The notes beneath the pieces are model-generated. The model was not told where the DNA came from. It saw only the letters and a list, made by a program, of their open reading frames with translations, and made no database searches. From Candidatus Saccharimonadota bacterium (lineage in GTDB: Bacteria > Patescibacteriota > Saccharimonadia > Saccharimonadales > Saccharimonadaceae), in contig JAKSSY010000001.1 of assembly GCA_024402845.1 (NCBI GenBank), positions 1 through 41,170 on the forward strand: DNA of 41,170 nucleotides, given 5' to 3'. Made by a program: the position numbers and the translations under genes. Below, piece after piece: positions 24,238-32,980 of the stretch (positions are counted from its first letter, which is position 1; every line of letters starts with the position of its first letter).

Positions 24238-26682
24238 ATGTCAGGCGAAAATCCTAAAGTTGGCGCTTCGGGGAGCGAAGCAAATAAGTGGGACATGACT
24301 CCACCTAGCGCAGAAAATAGCGAGGTGGCAGATCGTGATGCGGAATATTACCGCAATAATCCTGACGAGATTAATAATCTCGTTGCGGAATTAATTCGGC
24401 TACGCGGCGGTGCGGATAGTACCAAGGAAGGCACTTGGGATAAGAGTGCGCGCGCTTACGTTGGCGACGACGGAATGCCACGCGACTGGGCTCATCTCAC
24501 TGGTTACTTAAAGAAGAATCCTGACGCTCTTGATGCAATTATGGATGAGTACAATAATCTCAAAAATCCTGCAGAAGAAGATGATGCTGCGGCAGCGGGA
24601 GGCGGCGAAGATAGTGCCGAATCCGCAGAGGCAAAAGAGCATGATCGCTTGGCCACGGCCGTATATAAACATGATTTTACTGAAATATGGGGCGCCGCAA
24701 GAGCTACCGGTATCGAACTAAAAAACATCCGGGATATTCGTGAATTCTTTTCTAATGAAGATATTCAGAAGCTTCTAGACTATATGGATAGAGACGTCGA
24801 TGATGGTTCTTCCGCGGCGGAGTCGGAGCCGGTGGTTGCTCCAGTGGCGGCCGAAGCATCTGCTGCCACCAAGACGACAGCAGAGGCGCCAGCAGAAGAA
24901 AACGTCGGGGCAGCAGCAGATCCAGCTGTAGCTGAAGGTGTTGTTACGAGCGAAGAGACTCCTAATGCATTAAAGCCATCGGAAGTTGTCATTGCTCCGG
25001 ATGGAACTGAAACCGTAGTTGATAATAATAGCGAAAATGATGCCGCGACAATGGGAGGCGGTGAAGATGGTGTCGACGAAAATGAAAACGAAGAGCAAGA
25101 AAAGCATGTCGGCTTATTCAGGAAGATTGGTAACCACATTGGCAATTTCTTGAGCAGACACAAAGCAGGTATATTGTTGGGTAGCCTAGCGATCATGCTT
25201 GCTGCAAATGTGACTTCACATCTTAATCCGGAGATGCTCGACCGGTATGTAAATGGAAAACTGAATACTGACAACAGGATTGAACAGACTGGTGAAATGC
25301 CTGATTACGGTGACTTTATCGAAGAGATGGAGAGCCATGGTATCTTGGACAACTATGGCGAGAAAGGCATGTGGGAGAGTGACAATAAGACTGGTAGATA
25401 TAATTATGCTGCAGCAGATGAAGTTGCAGAAGCCGTGGGCACGAGCGACGCTCGCGAAATGTTGAAGTATACCGCATTTAACCAGTCTGAGTCGTTTGCC
25501 GATTACTATACTGCAATGCCTGATGAATGTCGTCCAGATAGTTTAAAGGGTATCGATAACATTCTTGATATGGAAAAGGCTATTGAGAGCTTATCCGATG
25601 ATGAACATAAAGCTATTTTCGAATCATTTAGCGATACGCTCGATAACGCGACGGTTGAGGATGTTGTGCTGAATGGCCAATATGATAACGCATATATGCG
25701 TCTAAGGAACCCGGATGGTGATGTTGTTCATGAAAATATGCAGCTTGTACGTTGTGTGACAACGGAAAATGGCACTCACGCCAAGAAGATTATTCTTCAC
25801 GACAAAGATGGCAACGAAATCGGTTCGTTTATCGTTAAAGCAAATGATGGTACTGATGGCACGAAGAAGGGTTGTATGCAGATTGTTCGCGTAAAGGGTT
25901 CTTCGGAATTGAGCCAACTAGAAGAGGTTCCAGCTAATCCGGAACACCCGGATGAGCCAGAGACTCCACCTGAGACTCCTCCAGAGACTCCACCAGAAAC
26001 TCCTCCTGAGACTCCTCCGGAAACTCCACCAGAGACTCCTCCTGAGACTCCACCTGAGACTCCACCAGAAACTCCTCCAGAGACTCCACCTGAGACTCCT
26101 CCGGAAACTCCACCAGAGACTCCTCCTGAGACTCCTCCTGAGACTCCTCCAGAGACTCCAGCGCCAAAGGCTCCAGTCGAGGATGAAAGTTCTGGCACTA
26201 GGGTTGATCAGCAGGAACAAACATTACCTGTTACGAATGTCGAGGATGAAAGACCAGGCGATAGCTATAATCCAGAAGCTAACACTACTGGCCCAACACA
26301 TGAAGTCGGCGCAGGCGACAATAACAGTGATGGCGTAGTTGATGCTGGTGCAACACAGACTGGTGAACAAGATACAAATCTCCAGAGCAGCGACAACTCC
26401 GGCAATACTATTGCCGAAAATGTTGAAATGGCTGACGGTACGGATGCTAGCGGGGGAAACCACGTGGGAGACATAGTTGCGGGAGATCCACAAGAAGCCA
26501 CTCGCTATGAGAATGATCAGCAAAATGCTGCAGACCAGAATAGAGTCAATGAGACACTTGACCAAGCGGCTGAATCTGTAGATACGTCCGATAACGGCCA
26601 GGCGACGGGCGCAAATAACGGCGAAGACTTCGATAATGGCGATTTCGCACTAGACAATGGTGCGACGAATGGTGGTAACTAG
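24238..26682 (+). CDS. Large single-pass membrane protein with ETPP-repeat linker (hypothetical surface protein)
   Basis: An 814-aa protein with no signal peptide. It has about 309 aa of acidic N-terminal region, then one TM helix (AGILLGSLAIMLAANV). A ~230-aa domain follows, then 16 ETPP repeats and an acidic N/D/G-rich tail. Confidence 0.8.
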   Translation: MSGENPKVGASGSEANKWDMTPPSAENSEVADRDAEYYRNNPDEINNLVAELIRLRGGADSTKEGTWDKSARAYVGDDGMPRDWAHLTGYLKKNPDALDAIMDEYNNLKNPAEEDDAAAAGGGEDSAESAEAKEHDRLATAVYKHDFTEIWGAARATGIELKNIRDIREFFSNEDIQKLLDYMDRDVDDGSSAAESEPVVAPVAAEASAATKTTAEAPAEENVGAAADPAVAEGVVTSEETPNALKPSEVVIAPDGTETVVDNNSENDAATMGGGEDGVDENENEEQEKHVGLFRKIGNHIGNFLSRHKAGILLGSLAIMLAANVTSHLNPEMLDRYVNGKLNTDNRIEQTGEMPDYGDFIEEMESHGILDNYGEKGMWESDNKTGRYNYAAADEVAEAVGTSDAREMLKYTAFNQSESFADYYTAMPDECRPDSLKGIDNILDMEKAIESLSDDEHKAIFESFSDTLDNATVEDVVLNGQYDNAYMRLRNPDGDVVHENMQLVRCVTTENGTHAKKIILHDKDGNEIGSFIVKANDGTDGTKKGCMQIVRVKGSSELSQLEEVPANPEHPDEPETPPETPPETPPETPPETPPETPPETPPETPPETPPETPPETPPETPPETPPETPPETPPETPPETPAPKAPVEDESSGTRVDQQEQTLPVTNVEDERPGDSYNPEANTTGPTHEVGAGDNNSDGVVDAGATQTGEQDTNLQSSDNSGNTIAENVEMADGTDASGGNHVGDIVAGDPQEATRYENDQQNAADQNRVNETLDQAAESVDTSDNGQATGANNGEDFDNGDFALDNGATNGGN
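25960..26163 (+). repeat. 17 x 12-bp in-frame tandem repeat (16 ETPP + 1 ETPA)
   Basis: The units are gaR-act-ccN-ccN. They differ only at synonymous third positions, and a partial 84-bp higher-order repeat is visible (units 5-7 equal units 12-14). Confidence 0.9.
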
Positions 26683-26724
26683 GCCACAAATATGAGTTTA
26701 GGTTTATTAAAAGGAGTAATAAAC

Positions 26725-28020
26725 ATGCAAAAACAAACAAATATCAAATTTAAACGGAGACTGAGAGTTGCTGGTTTGGCCTCGATCCTCTTATCGGTAT
26801 TGATGCCGGTAGCGGGGTATGCGTGGGGGCCAGAACGCGATACCTACACGATGGAATCGCCGGCCGACCATGTAACTTTCAACTCTATCACGAACAACAA
26901 CAAGCTTGGCGATGAGCGCAACTTTGTTCGTGTAGGCGAGGCGGATTCTGAAGCTGCTTATACGGACGAAATCAAGATTGTTCCTGGTAAAGAATACGAA
27001 GTGTATATCTATTACCACAACAATGCTGGTTCGAACTTTAATGACGGCGCACATCAGGGTATTGGTATTGCTGATGGTGTAAAGATTACGTCAACTTTCC
27101 CATCTACCGTGAGTGCTTCCAAGAAGGGCAAGGTCAGCGCAATTATTTCTGCGACTGATGCTACTCCGAAGGAAGTCTGGGATGAAGCGTATTTTACGAC
27201 TGATTCAGAAACCGATATTGTACTAAAGTACGTCGATATGTCCGCCAAGATCTATAACCGCGGCAAGACGAATGGCATGAATTTGTCTGAGTCTTTGTTT
27301 ACGGATAAGGGCCAATTAATTGGTGTAAATACATTAGATGGCCGCTTACCGGGCTGTTCGGAATATTCTGGTCATATTGTCTATCGTGTTCGTGCTGAAC
27401 AGGTAGGTGCCAAGGTTAGCAAGAGCGCATCTCTTGACGGTACTAACTTCTTTAAGGTAGTTAATCCAAAACCTGGCGATACAGTAACTTATAAAGTCGA
27501 ATTCGAGAATACTGGTACTGCAGACCTTACGAATGTGACTTTCCATGATAAGTTACCAAATGGCGTAACATTAATTCCTGGCACTACCAAGGTAGTTAAT
27601 AGCGCCAATCCAAATGGTGTAATAATGAAAGACGTCATTGGTACCGTTGGTATCAACACGGGCATTTACTTACCAACCGGTAAGTCCACTATTACTTACC
27701 AAGTTAAAGTTAATGAAGACATCGTAAAAGACGGTGTGTGTGGCACCAACTCTTTCACGAATACAATCTTCGTTGATCACGACGCAGGTGAGTTGAAGGA
27801 TACTTCGACTATTCAGGTAGAACGTACCTGTACGAATGATGAAGAACCGGGCACTCCACCAGAGTTGCCGAAGACCGGTCCTGGCGAAATTGCATTAGCA
27901 GTCGTCGCGATCGTCTGTGTGATGGTAGGTATATATTATTGGTATCGTAGCCAGAAAGAAGTTGATATGCTCCAAAAAACTGCAACTGGCAAAGATAAGA
28001 ACCCTTCTGAAAAGAAGTAA
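26725..28020 (+). CDS. LPXTG-anchored surface protein with DUF11-like conserved repeat domain
   Basis: The signal peptide is MQKQTNIKFKRRLRVAGLASILLSVLMPVAGYA. A DUF11-like segment reads GDTVTYKVEFENTGTADLTNVTFHDKLPNGVTL. LPKTG (27865-27879) is followed by a TM helix and a charged tail. The start is set at 26725, preceded by AAAGGAG. Confidence 0.85.
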   Translation: MQKQTNIKFKRRLRVAGLASILLSVLMPVAGYAWGPERDTYTMESPADHVTFNSITNNNKLGDERNFVRVGEADSEAAYTDEIKIVPGKEYEVYIYYHNNAGSNFNDGAHQGIGIADGVKITSTFPSTVSASKKGKVSAIISATDATPKEVWDEAYFTTDSETDIVLKYVDMSAKIYNRGKTNGMNLSESLFTDKGQLIGVNTLDGRLPGCSEYSGHIVYRVRAEQVGAKVSKSASLDGTNFFKVVNPKPGDTVTYKVEFENTGTADLTNVTFHDKLPNGVTLIPGTTKVVNSANPNGVIMKDVIGTVGINTGIYLPTGKSTITYQVKVNEDIVKDGVCGTNSFTNTIFVDHDAGELKDTSTIQVERTCTNDEEPGTPPELPKTGPGEIALAVVAIVCVMVGIYYWYRSQKEVDMLQKTATGKDKNPSEKK

Positions 28021-28045
28021 ATAAACAAAAAATAGCTCCTTTAGT

Positions 28046-28094
28046 AGGAATAACCGCTAGTCTGGGTATCCTAGCGGTTATTCCTTGTCTTTTA
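28046..28094 (+). terminator. Intrinsic terminator (15-bp perfect stem)
   Basis: AGGAATAACCGCTAG (28046-60) pairs with CTAGCGGTTATTCCT (28071-85), followed by TGTCTTTT. Confidence 0.7.
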
Positions 28095-28136
28095 GGGATT
28101 TTTCTGATATAATGTAAGAACTAATAAAGGAATTTT

Positions 28137-28448
28137 ATGAAAAAAGCAGTCATAAAGGTCGGCGGTAAACAATATGTTGTCGCTGAAAAAGAGACCCTCC
28201 GTGTGGACCTCCTCCCGGAAGGAACTAAAGATCTCGCTTTGGACGCTTTGCTCGTGATTGACGGCGACAAGACCACCGTTGGTGATCCAACCGTTAAAGG
28301 AGTAAAGGTTAAGGCGAAGGTTGTAGAAGCCAAGGTAGCTGGCGACAAAGTTCGCGTTATCCGTTACCATTCTAAGAAGCGTGTCCATACCGAAACTGGT
28401 CACCGCCAGAAGTACTCCGAAATCGAAATCGAGAGCATTGGTAAATAA
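28137..28448 (+). CDS. rplU: 50S ribosomal protein L21
   Basis: It starts MKKAVIKVGGKQYVVAEKETLRVD, the classic L21 N-terminus. The promoter TGaTATAAT lies near 28104. Confidence 0.9.
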   Translation: MKKAVIKVGGKQYVVAEKETLRVDLLPEGTKDLALDALLVIDGDKTTVGDPTVKGVKVKAKVVEAKVAGDKVRVIRYHSKKRVHTETGHRQKYSEIEIESIGK

Positions 28449-28450
28449 CA

Positions 28451-28481
28451 AAAATCTCCCAGTAAAATGGGAGATTTTTTG
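28451..28481 (+). terminator. Intrinsic terminator
   Basis: An AAATCTCCC-AGTAAAAT-GGGAGATTT hairpin followed by TTT. Confidence 0.75.
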
Positions 28482-28722
28482 ATGCGAAATATGGTGCCCC
28501 AGGTCAACCCCAACAGAATAATTAGAACAAATAATTTGTGGAGACATTTAGCCTCCATATAGGCGATGAATAAATATTTATCTTCCATGTGGGGACTAAA
28601 GAGGAGTGCGATGGAAAAAGAACAAAAAAATAATACTATAGCGATAATAGTTATTGTTCCATTGTATGTGTTAGATTAGTTATGTCGCAAAGCGCTTGTG
28701 GTGTGTTATTATTAATATTAGT

Positions 28723-29943
28723 ATGAGTGTGGTAATAGGAATTTTAATTGGCTTGTTAATGCTAATGCTGCTCGTGACGGCGCATGAGTTTGGTCACTTT
28801 ATTGCCGCTAGGCGCAACGGGGTAGAAGTAGAAGAATTTGGTATCGGCTTTCCGCCGAGAGCTATTGCTTGGAGAAAAGTTAAAGGCAAATGGCGTCTGT
28901 TAAAGAAGTCTGAATGGGAAAAAGCACCTGGCGAAGGTACGATTATTTCTTTGAACTGGTTGCCGATTGGTGGTTTTTGCCAGATGAAGGGCGAAAGTGC
29001 TGCTGATACGACAAAGGGGAGTTTTGGCAAAGCTAGCTTTTGGCGCAAGACGAAGATTCTATTTGCTGGCGTAATGATGAACTGGTTTGTTGCGTTCGTA
29101 ATTTTCACCGTGCTCGCTTGGGCTGGCATGCCACATTTTATCGAGAATCAGTTCCAGATTGATTCCGATATTCGCACGATTGGTATTTCTGACGTAACGG
29201 TTAGTAATATTGTGAATGGTAGCCCCGCCGCTCAGGCTGGACTACGTAATGGCGATGTATTGGTGTCTATGAGGACAACCAATGTGGAAGACCTAAACCG
29301 TACTTATATTCATTCTGTAGATGATGTACTTAAATATGATGAAGAACATGCTGGTCAAAGTATCTATATCACTTATGAACGTGGTGGTGATACTACGATG
29401 GTCGAGACGAAGCTGAACGAGGCTGGCGCAGAATATATTCTTGGTGCAACGATTTCTGGTGAAGCCGTATATCAAAGTACTTGGAGTGCTCCAATTGTGG
29501 GCCTTGGCGTGACGGCGCAGTTGACCGGTGAAACCTTTAAGGGCGTAGGCCAAATGATCGTGAATCTGTTTAGCGGCGCAATCAAGCAGGTTAGCCCAAA
29601 TGAAGAAGTACGCGCGGATGGTTCGAATGAGCTAAAGCAGGCGGGAGATTCCGTATCTGGCCCAGTTGGGATTGTTGGCGTATTATTCCCGAAGGTAGCC
29701 CAGAGTGGCGGCAGAAACCTAGCGTATCTAGTTGCATTAATTTCCGTATCGCTTGCCTGTATGAATGTGTTGCCGATTCCGGCGCTAGATGGTGGCAGAT
29801 GGTTGCTTATAGCGATTTATAAACTACTCAAGAAGAAGCTTACGAAAGAGACGGAAGAGAAGATCGTAAGCAGAGCTTTCATGGTGATTTTGGCAATTGC
29901 CCTAATCGTAACAATATTAGATATAACGAGGATAGTAGGATGA
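28723..29943 (+). CDS. rseP: RseP/RIP site-2 zinc metalloprotease (M50) with PDZ domain
   Basis: It has HEFGHF near the N-terminus, a central PDZ-like segment (GSPAAQAGLRNGDVLVS), and NVLPIPALDGG near the C-terminus. Confidence 0.88.
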   Translation: MSVVIGILIGLLMLMLLVTAHEFGHFIAARRNGVEVEEFGIGFPPRAIAWRKVKGKWRLLKKSEWEKAPGEGTIISLNWLPIGGFCQMKGESAADTTKGSFGKASFWRKTKILFAGVMMNWFVAFVIFTVLAWAGMPHFIENQFQIDSDIRTIGISDVTVSNIVNGSPAAQAGLRNGDVLVSMRTTNVEDLNRTYIHSVDDVLKYDEEHAGQSIYITYERGGDTTMVETKLNEAGAEYILGATISGEAVYQSTWSAPIVGLGVTAQLTGETFKGVGQMIVNLFSGAIKQVSPNEEVRADGSNELKQAGDSVSGPVGIVGVLFPKVAQSGGRNLAYLVALISVSLACMNVLPIPALDGGRWLLIAIYKLLKKKLTKETEEKIVSRAFMVILAIALIVTILDITRIVG

Positions 29944-30767
29944 GCACAGAAAAGACTACCGAAAAGAAGCAGTCTGCTACGCGCAAGCGTAATTTCATCG
30001 ATGACTTCTGCCAAAAATTGGAGAAGAAGTCAAAGCAAAGTAAGGGTTGGGAATTAGCTCTCAATATTGTATGGGTATTTATGATGCTCGTCTGGGTAGC
30101 AGCGGTATTGGTTGCAACTCAGCTATTGCTCCGTCTAGTATTGATTAATTTAATGCATCTAGACCAGGCATCAATGAGCACAAATGCATTGCAGACACTC
30201 TATTCTGCGCTTGTATATGTTGTTTCGTTGGCAATCACGATATTTGTTCCGTGGAAACTCGCAAAGTCCAAAACGACGCGTGATGAGCTTGGTTTGCGCG
30301 GTCTGCCTACCTGGACAGATATCCTACTTGCGCCAGTTGGCTTCATCGTCTTCATGATTGTAGCGGTAATTCTCGTAGCAATTCTCCAATCTATATTCCC
30401 AGGCATTAACTGGAACGAATCTCAAGATGTTGGCTTCAGCAATCTTATTTCCTCGAGTGACTTTATCTTGGCGTTTATCTCGCTAGTTGTGGTTGCACCA
30501 GTGGCAGAGGAATTAATCTTCCGCGGTTGGCTATATGGCAAGCTCCGCGCAAAGATTCCAGCTATTCCGGCAATGCTCGTCGTATCGATTTTATTCGGCA
30601 TCGTGCATGGTCAATGGAATGTGGGCGTAACAGTATTTGTGATGAGCATCGCAATGTGTACACTTCGCGAGATCACTGGTACGATTTGGGGTGGCATCTT
30701 GATTCATATTTTGAAGAATGGTATCGCATTCTACTTCCTCTATGTCAATCCGATGATGATACAATAA
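29940..30767 (+). CDS. CPBP family intramembrane glutamic endopeptidase (CAAX protease-like)
   Basis: The motifs are EELIFRGWLY, FGIVH and HILKN. It is polytopic, and it overlaps the rseP stop (ATGA). Confidence 0.85.
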   Translation: MSTEKTTEKKQSATRKRNFIDDFCQKLEKKSKQSKGWELALNIVWVFMMLVWVAAVLVATQLLLRLVLINLMHLDQASMSTNALQTLYSALVYVVSLAITIFVPWKLAKSKTTRDELGLRGLPTWTDILLAPVGFIVFMIVAVILVAILQSIFPGINWNESQDVGFSNLISSSDFILAFISLVVVAPVAEELIFRGWLYGKLRAKIPAIPAMLVVSILFGIVHGQWNVGVTVFVMSIAMCTLREITGTIWGGILIHILKNGIAFYFLYVNPMMIQ

Positions 30768-30774
30768 AAGTATT

Positions 30775-31623
30775 ATGCCGGAGTTGCCAAAAGTTGAAAC
30801 GATTAGGCGTGGGCTCGATAAATTTATAATCAACAAAAAGATTGCGAACGTCAGCATTTTGTGCGAAAAAAGTTTTCGCGGAAATAAGGACTTTATCCTT
30901 GGGCAGAAGATCGTAAAGATTGATCGTCGCGGGAAAGCCTTACTGATTAAGCTTGAAAATAATTTTTGGATGATGATTCATTTACGTATGACCGGGCAAT
31001 TGATTTTTGTTGGAAAAGAGAAGTTTGCGGCGGGGCATCCGGATGGCGGTTTTACGGAAGAGATGCCGGGGCGACATACGCGTGTGTATTTTGAATTTGA
31101 TGACGGTACGCATCTTTATTTTAATGACCTGCGTAAGTTTGGCTTTATTTCTGTGATGGACGAACTCAGTTTGGTGGCCGATCCATTTTTGACGAAGTTG
31201 GCGCCAGAGCCATGGGATATGAGCAAAGACGCTTTCTGGGAGATGTTGCAACGCCACCAGAATTCGCCAATTAAGGCAGTGATTTTGGACCAACACAATA
31301 TTGCTGGCGTTGGTAATATCTATGCGGATGAAGGATGCTTTTATGCGAAGATTTTGCCTTGGCGCAAGGTTTCGACGTTGTCGCGCGAGGATGCCGACTT
31401 GTTGCTTGAAGGGGTATGTAGTGTGATGCAGGCCTCGATTGATAGTGGCGGCTCTACGATGAAGGATTATGTACGCGCGGACGGAACGAAAGGGAGTTAT
31501 CTCGAGAAATTTGCGCAAGTATTTCGTCGCGAGGGCTTAGAGTGTGCAAGATGTGGCGGCGAGATACAGAAAACGCGTACGGCTGGGCGCGGGACACATT
31601 ATTGTCCGGGGTGTCAGGAATAA
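30775..31623 (+). CDS. mutM: Formamidopyrimidine-DNA glycosylase
   Basis: The N-terminus is MPELPKVE. It has an H2TH region and a C-terminal zinc finger CARCGG...THYCPGCQ. Confidence 0.9.
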   Translation: MPELPKVETIRRGLDKFIINKKIANVSILCEKSFRGNKDFILGQKIVKIDRRGKALLIKLENNFWMMIHLRMTGQLIFVGKEKFAAGHPDGGFTEEMPGRHTRVYFEFDDGTHLYFNDLRKFGFISVMDELSLVADPFLTKLAPEPWDMSKDAFWEMLQRHQNSPIKAVILDQHNIAGVGNIYADEGCFYAKILPWRKVSTLSREDADLLLEGVCSVMQASIDSGGSTMKDYVRADGTKGSYLEKFAQVFRREGLECARCGGEIQKTRTAGRGTHYCPGCQE

Positions 31624-32234
31624 TGATAAAGATTTTTTATGGCAATGACCGCGTAAAAGCGCGCGAGATGATTGATAAATTGCTCGGTAAAGATTATGAA
31701 GTGATCGAGGCGGAGAATCTGACGCGTGGCGATATGGATTCTGTTTTCTATGGGACTTCGCTTTTTGGCGAAACGAGAAAGATTTTGGTTAAGTCTTTAT
31801 CTGAAAATAAAGAATGCTGGGCAGTGTTGTCGAATTACTTGAAGACGACGCATGATGTGATTATTTTGGAGAATAATATCGATAAACGTTCGGTAACTTA
31901 TAAGGCACTCGCGAAGGGAAAAGGCGTTGAGTTTAAGGAATTCAAACTAGCGGAGCAGATTGATAAGAATTTGGTTTTTGATGTTTTCGAGATGGCTTAT
32001 CGCAAGAATGGAAAGAAGGCAATTGAACTTTGTGAGAAGATTGAGACGACGAATGACCCATATATGTTTATGGGCTTGATGGTTTCACAAGCATTCAAGA
32101 AACTAGAAATGCGCCAGAAAAAGGCAGAGCAGGTGATTAAGATTCTCGGTGATACGGATATGAATATGAAAACTTCAGGTGTGGAGCCTTGGAATTTGAT
32201 TAAGATGTCGCTACTTTTGATAGCGAATGTTTGA
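31623..32234 (+). CDS. Short DNA polymerase III delta (HolA)-like protein, tentative
   Basis: A 203-aa protein that overlaps the mutM stop (TAATG). The N-terminus (IFYGNDRVKAREMIDKL...SLFGETRKILVKS) resembles the HolA N-domain. It is much shorter than canonical HolA. Confidence 0.45.
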   Translation: MIKIFYGNDRVKAREMIDKLLGKDYEVIEAENLTRGDMDSVFYGTSLFGETRKILVKSLSENKECWAVLSNYLKTTHDVIILENNIDKRSVTYKALAKGKGVEFKEFKLAEQIDKNLVFDVFEMAYRKNGKKAIELCEKIETTNDPYMFMGLMVSQAFKKLEMRQKKAEQVIKILGDTDMNMKTSGVEPWNLIKMSLLLIANV

Positions 32235-32240
32235 TAAAAT
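32232..32240 (+). promoter_or_regulatory. Extended -10 box (leaderless configuration)
   Basis: TGaTAAAAT-N6 (aaacat)-ATG(32247). There is no SD. Confidence 0.5.
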
Positions 32241-32246
32241 AAACAT

Positions 32247-32651
32247 ATGGCTGATGTAGCGAAAAAAGAAAGACAAACGCTTGGTAGAGTTCTTCTAGCT
32301 TATAGCGCCCTTACTGGCGTATTGTCGATTGTTTATCTTATTCGTTTTATCTTTATGGATAATGAAGAAAACGGTTTCATCGCGGCATGCGCATTTGCGG
32401 CAACGATGCTATTCGGCACATTCTTATCGATTGGTCTGAATTATACAATTCGCGTACCGCGTGGCAAGGACGATGACAAAAGTCAGGTGATTGCGGGGGC
32501 AATTATAGCAATTCTTGGCACGGTGATTTGTGTTTCGATGCAGATTAATATGGGAGTTGGATCTTATTGGTTCCTACCGGTAGCTTATTATATTCAGAGT
32601 GCGTTGATTGTCATTATCTGCTTATTGTCGTTGAAGTTTTATAAAAGATAA
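32247..32651 (+). CDS. Hypothetical 4-TM membrane protein
   Basis: A 134-aa protein with four hydrophobic segments and no recognised motif. Confidence 0.6.
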   Translation: MADVAKKERQTLGRVLLAYSALTGVLSIVYLIRFIFMDNEENGFIAACAFAATMLFGTFLSIGLNYTIRVPRGKDDDKSQVIAGAIIAILGTVICVSMQINMGVGSYWFLPVAYYIQSALIVIICLLSLKFYKR

Positions 32652-32687
32652 AAAAATATCTCCGAAATTAATCGGAGATATTTTTGT
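32651..32687. terminator. Bidirectional intrinsic terminator
   Basis: An AATATCTCCGA-AATTAA-TCGGAGATATT hairpin flanked by an A-run and a T-run, between convergent genes. Confidence 0.8.
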
Positions 32688-32697
32688 TTGCTAGGAC

Positions 32698-32976
32698 TTA
32701 AGCTGCATGTACTTCTACGCGAGTGCGTGGAACGCTCTTGCCGGAGAAGTGGCTCTTTTTGGTCTTTACGAAGACTACCTTACCATCGATAGCAGCATGG
32801 ATGGTGAAGTTGCGGCTCATGAAAGTGCCTGGGCCTGCAATTTTGGTAGCACCGGTTTGGCGGACGAGTACTTCGCCAGTCTTAACCTGTTGACCACCAA
32901 AGCGCTTGACGCCAAGTCTTTGGCCGGCATTGTTGTGTAGGTTTTTGCTGGTACCGCCAGCTTTGACATGTGACAT
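32698..32976 (-). CDS. rpmA: 50S ribosomal protein L27
   Basis: It reads MSHVKAGGTSKNLHNNAGQRLGVKRFGGQ...VRQTG, matching the L27 signature. Confidence 0.9.
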   Translation of the reverse strand: MSHVKAGGTSKNLHNNAGQRLGVKRFGGQQVKTGEVLVRQTGATKIAGPGTFMSRNFTIHAAIDGKVVFVKTKKSHFSGKSVPRTRVEVHAA

Positions 32977-32980
32977 ATTA

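Noticed and set aside
25960-26163. A possible CRISPR array, suggested by the regular short repeats.
   Set aside because: The units are contiguous 12-mers with no spacers. They are in frame within a CDS, and no cas genes are nearby.
25797-26338. Several ORFs in other frames or on the other strand across the ETPP repeat (GGVSGGVS..., SLWRSLRR..., LLQRLHLR...).
   Set aside because: They are artefacts of a stop-free 12-bp periodic repeat. Only the frame continuous with the 814-aa protein has coding context on both sides.
28611-28679. A 22-aa ORF (MEKEQKNNTIAIIVIVPLYVLD) with AGGAG 4 nt upstream, just before rseP.
   Set aside because: It could be a small membrane peptide or a leader peptide. It is too short to call without conservation or ribosome-profiling data.
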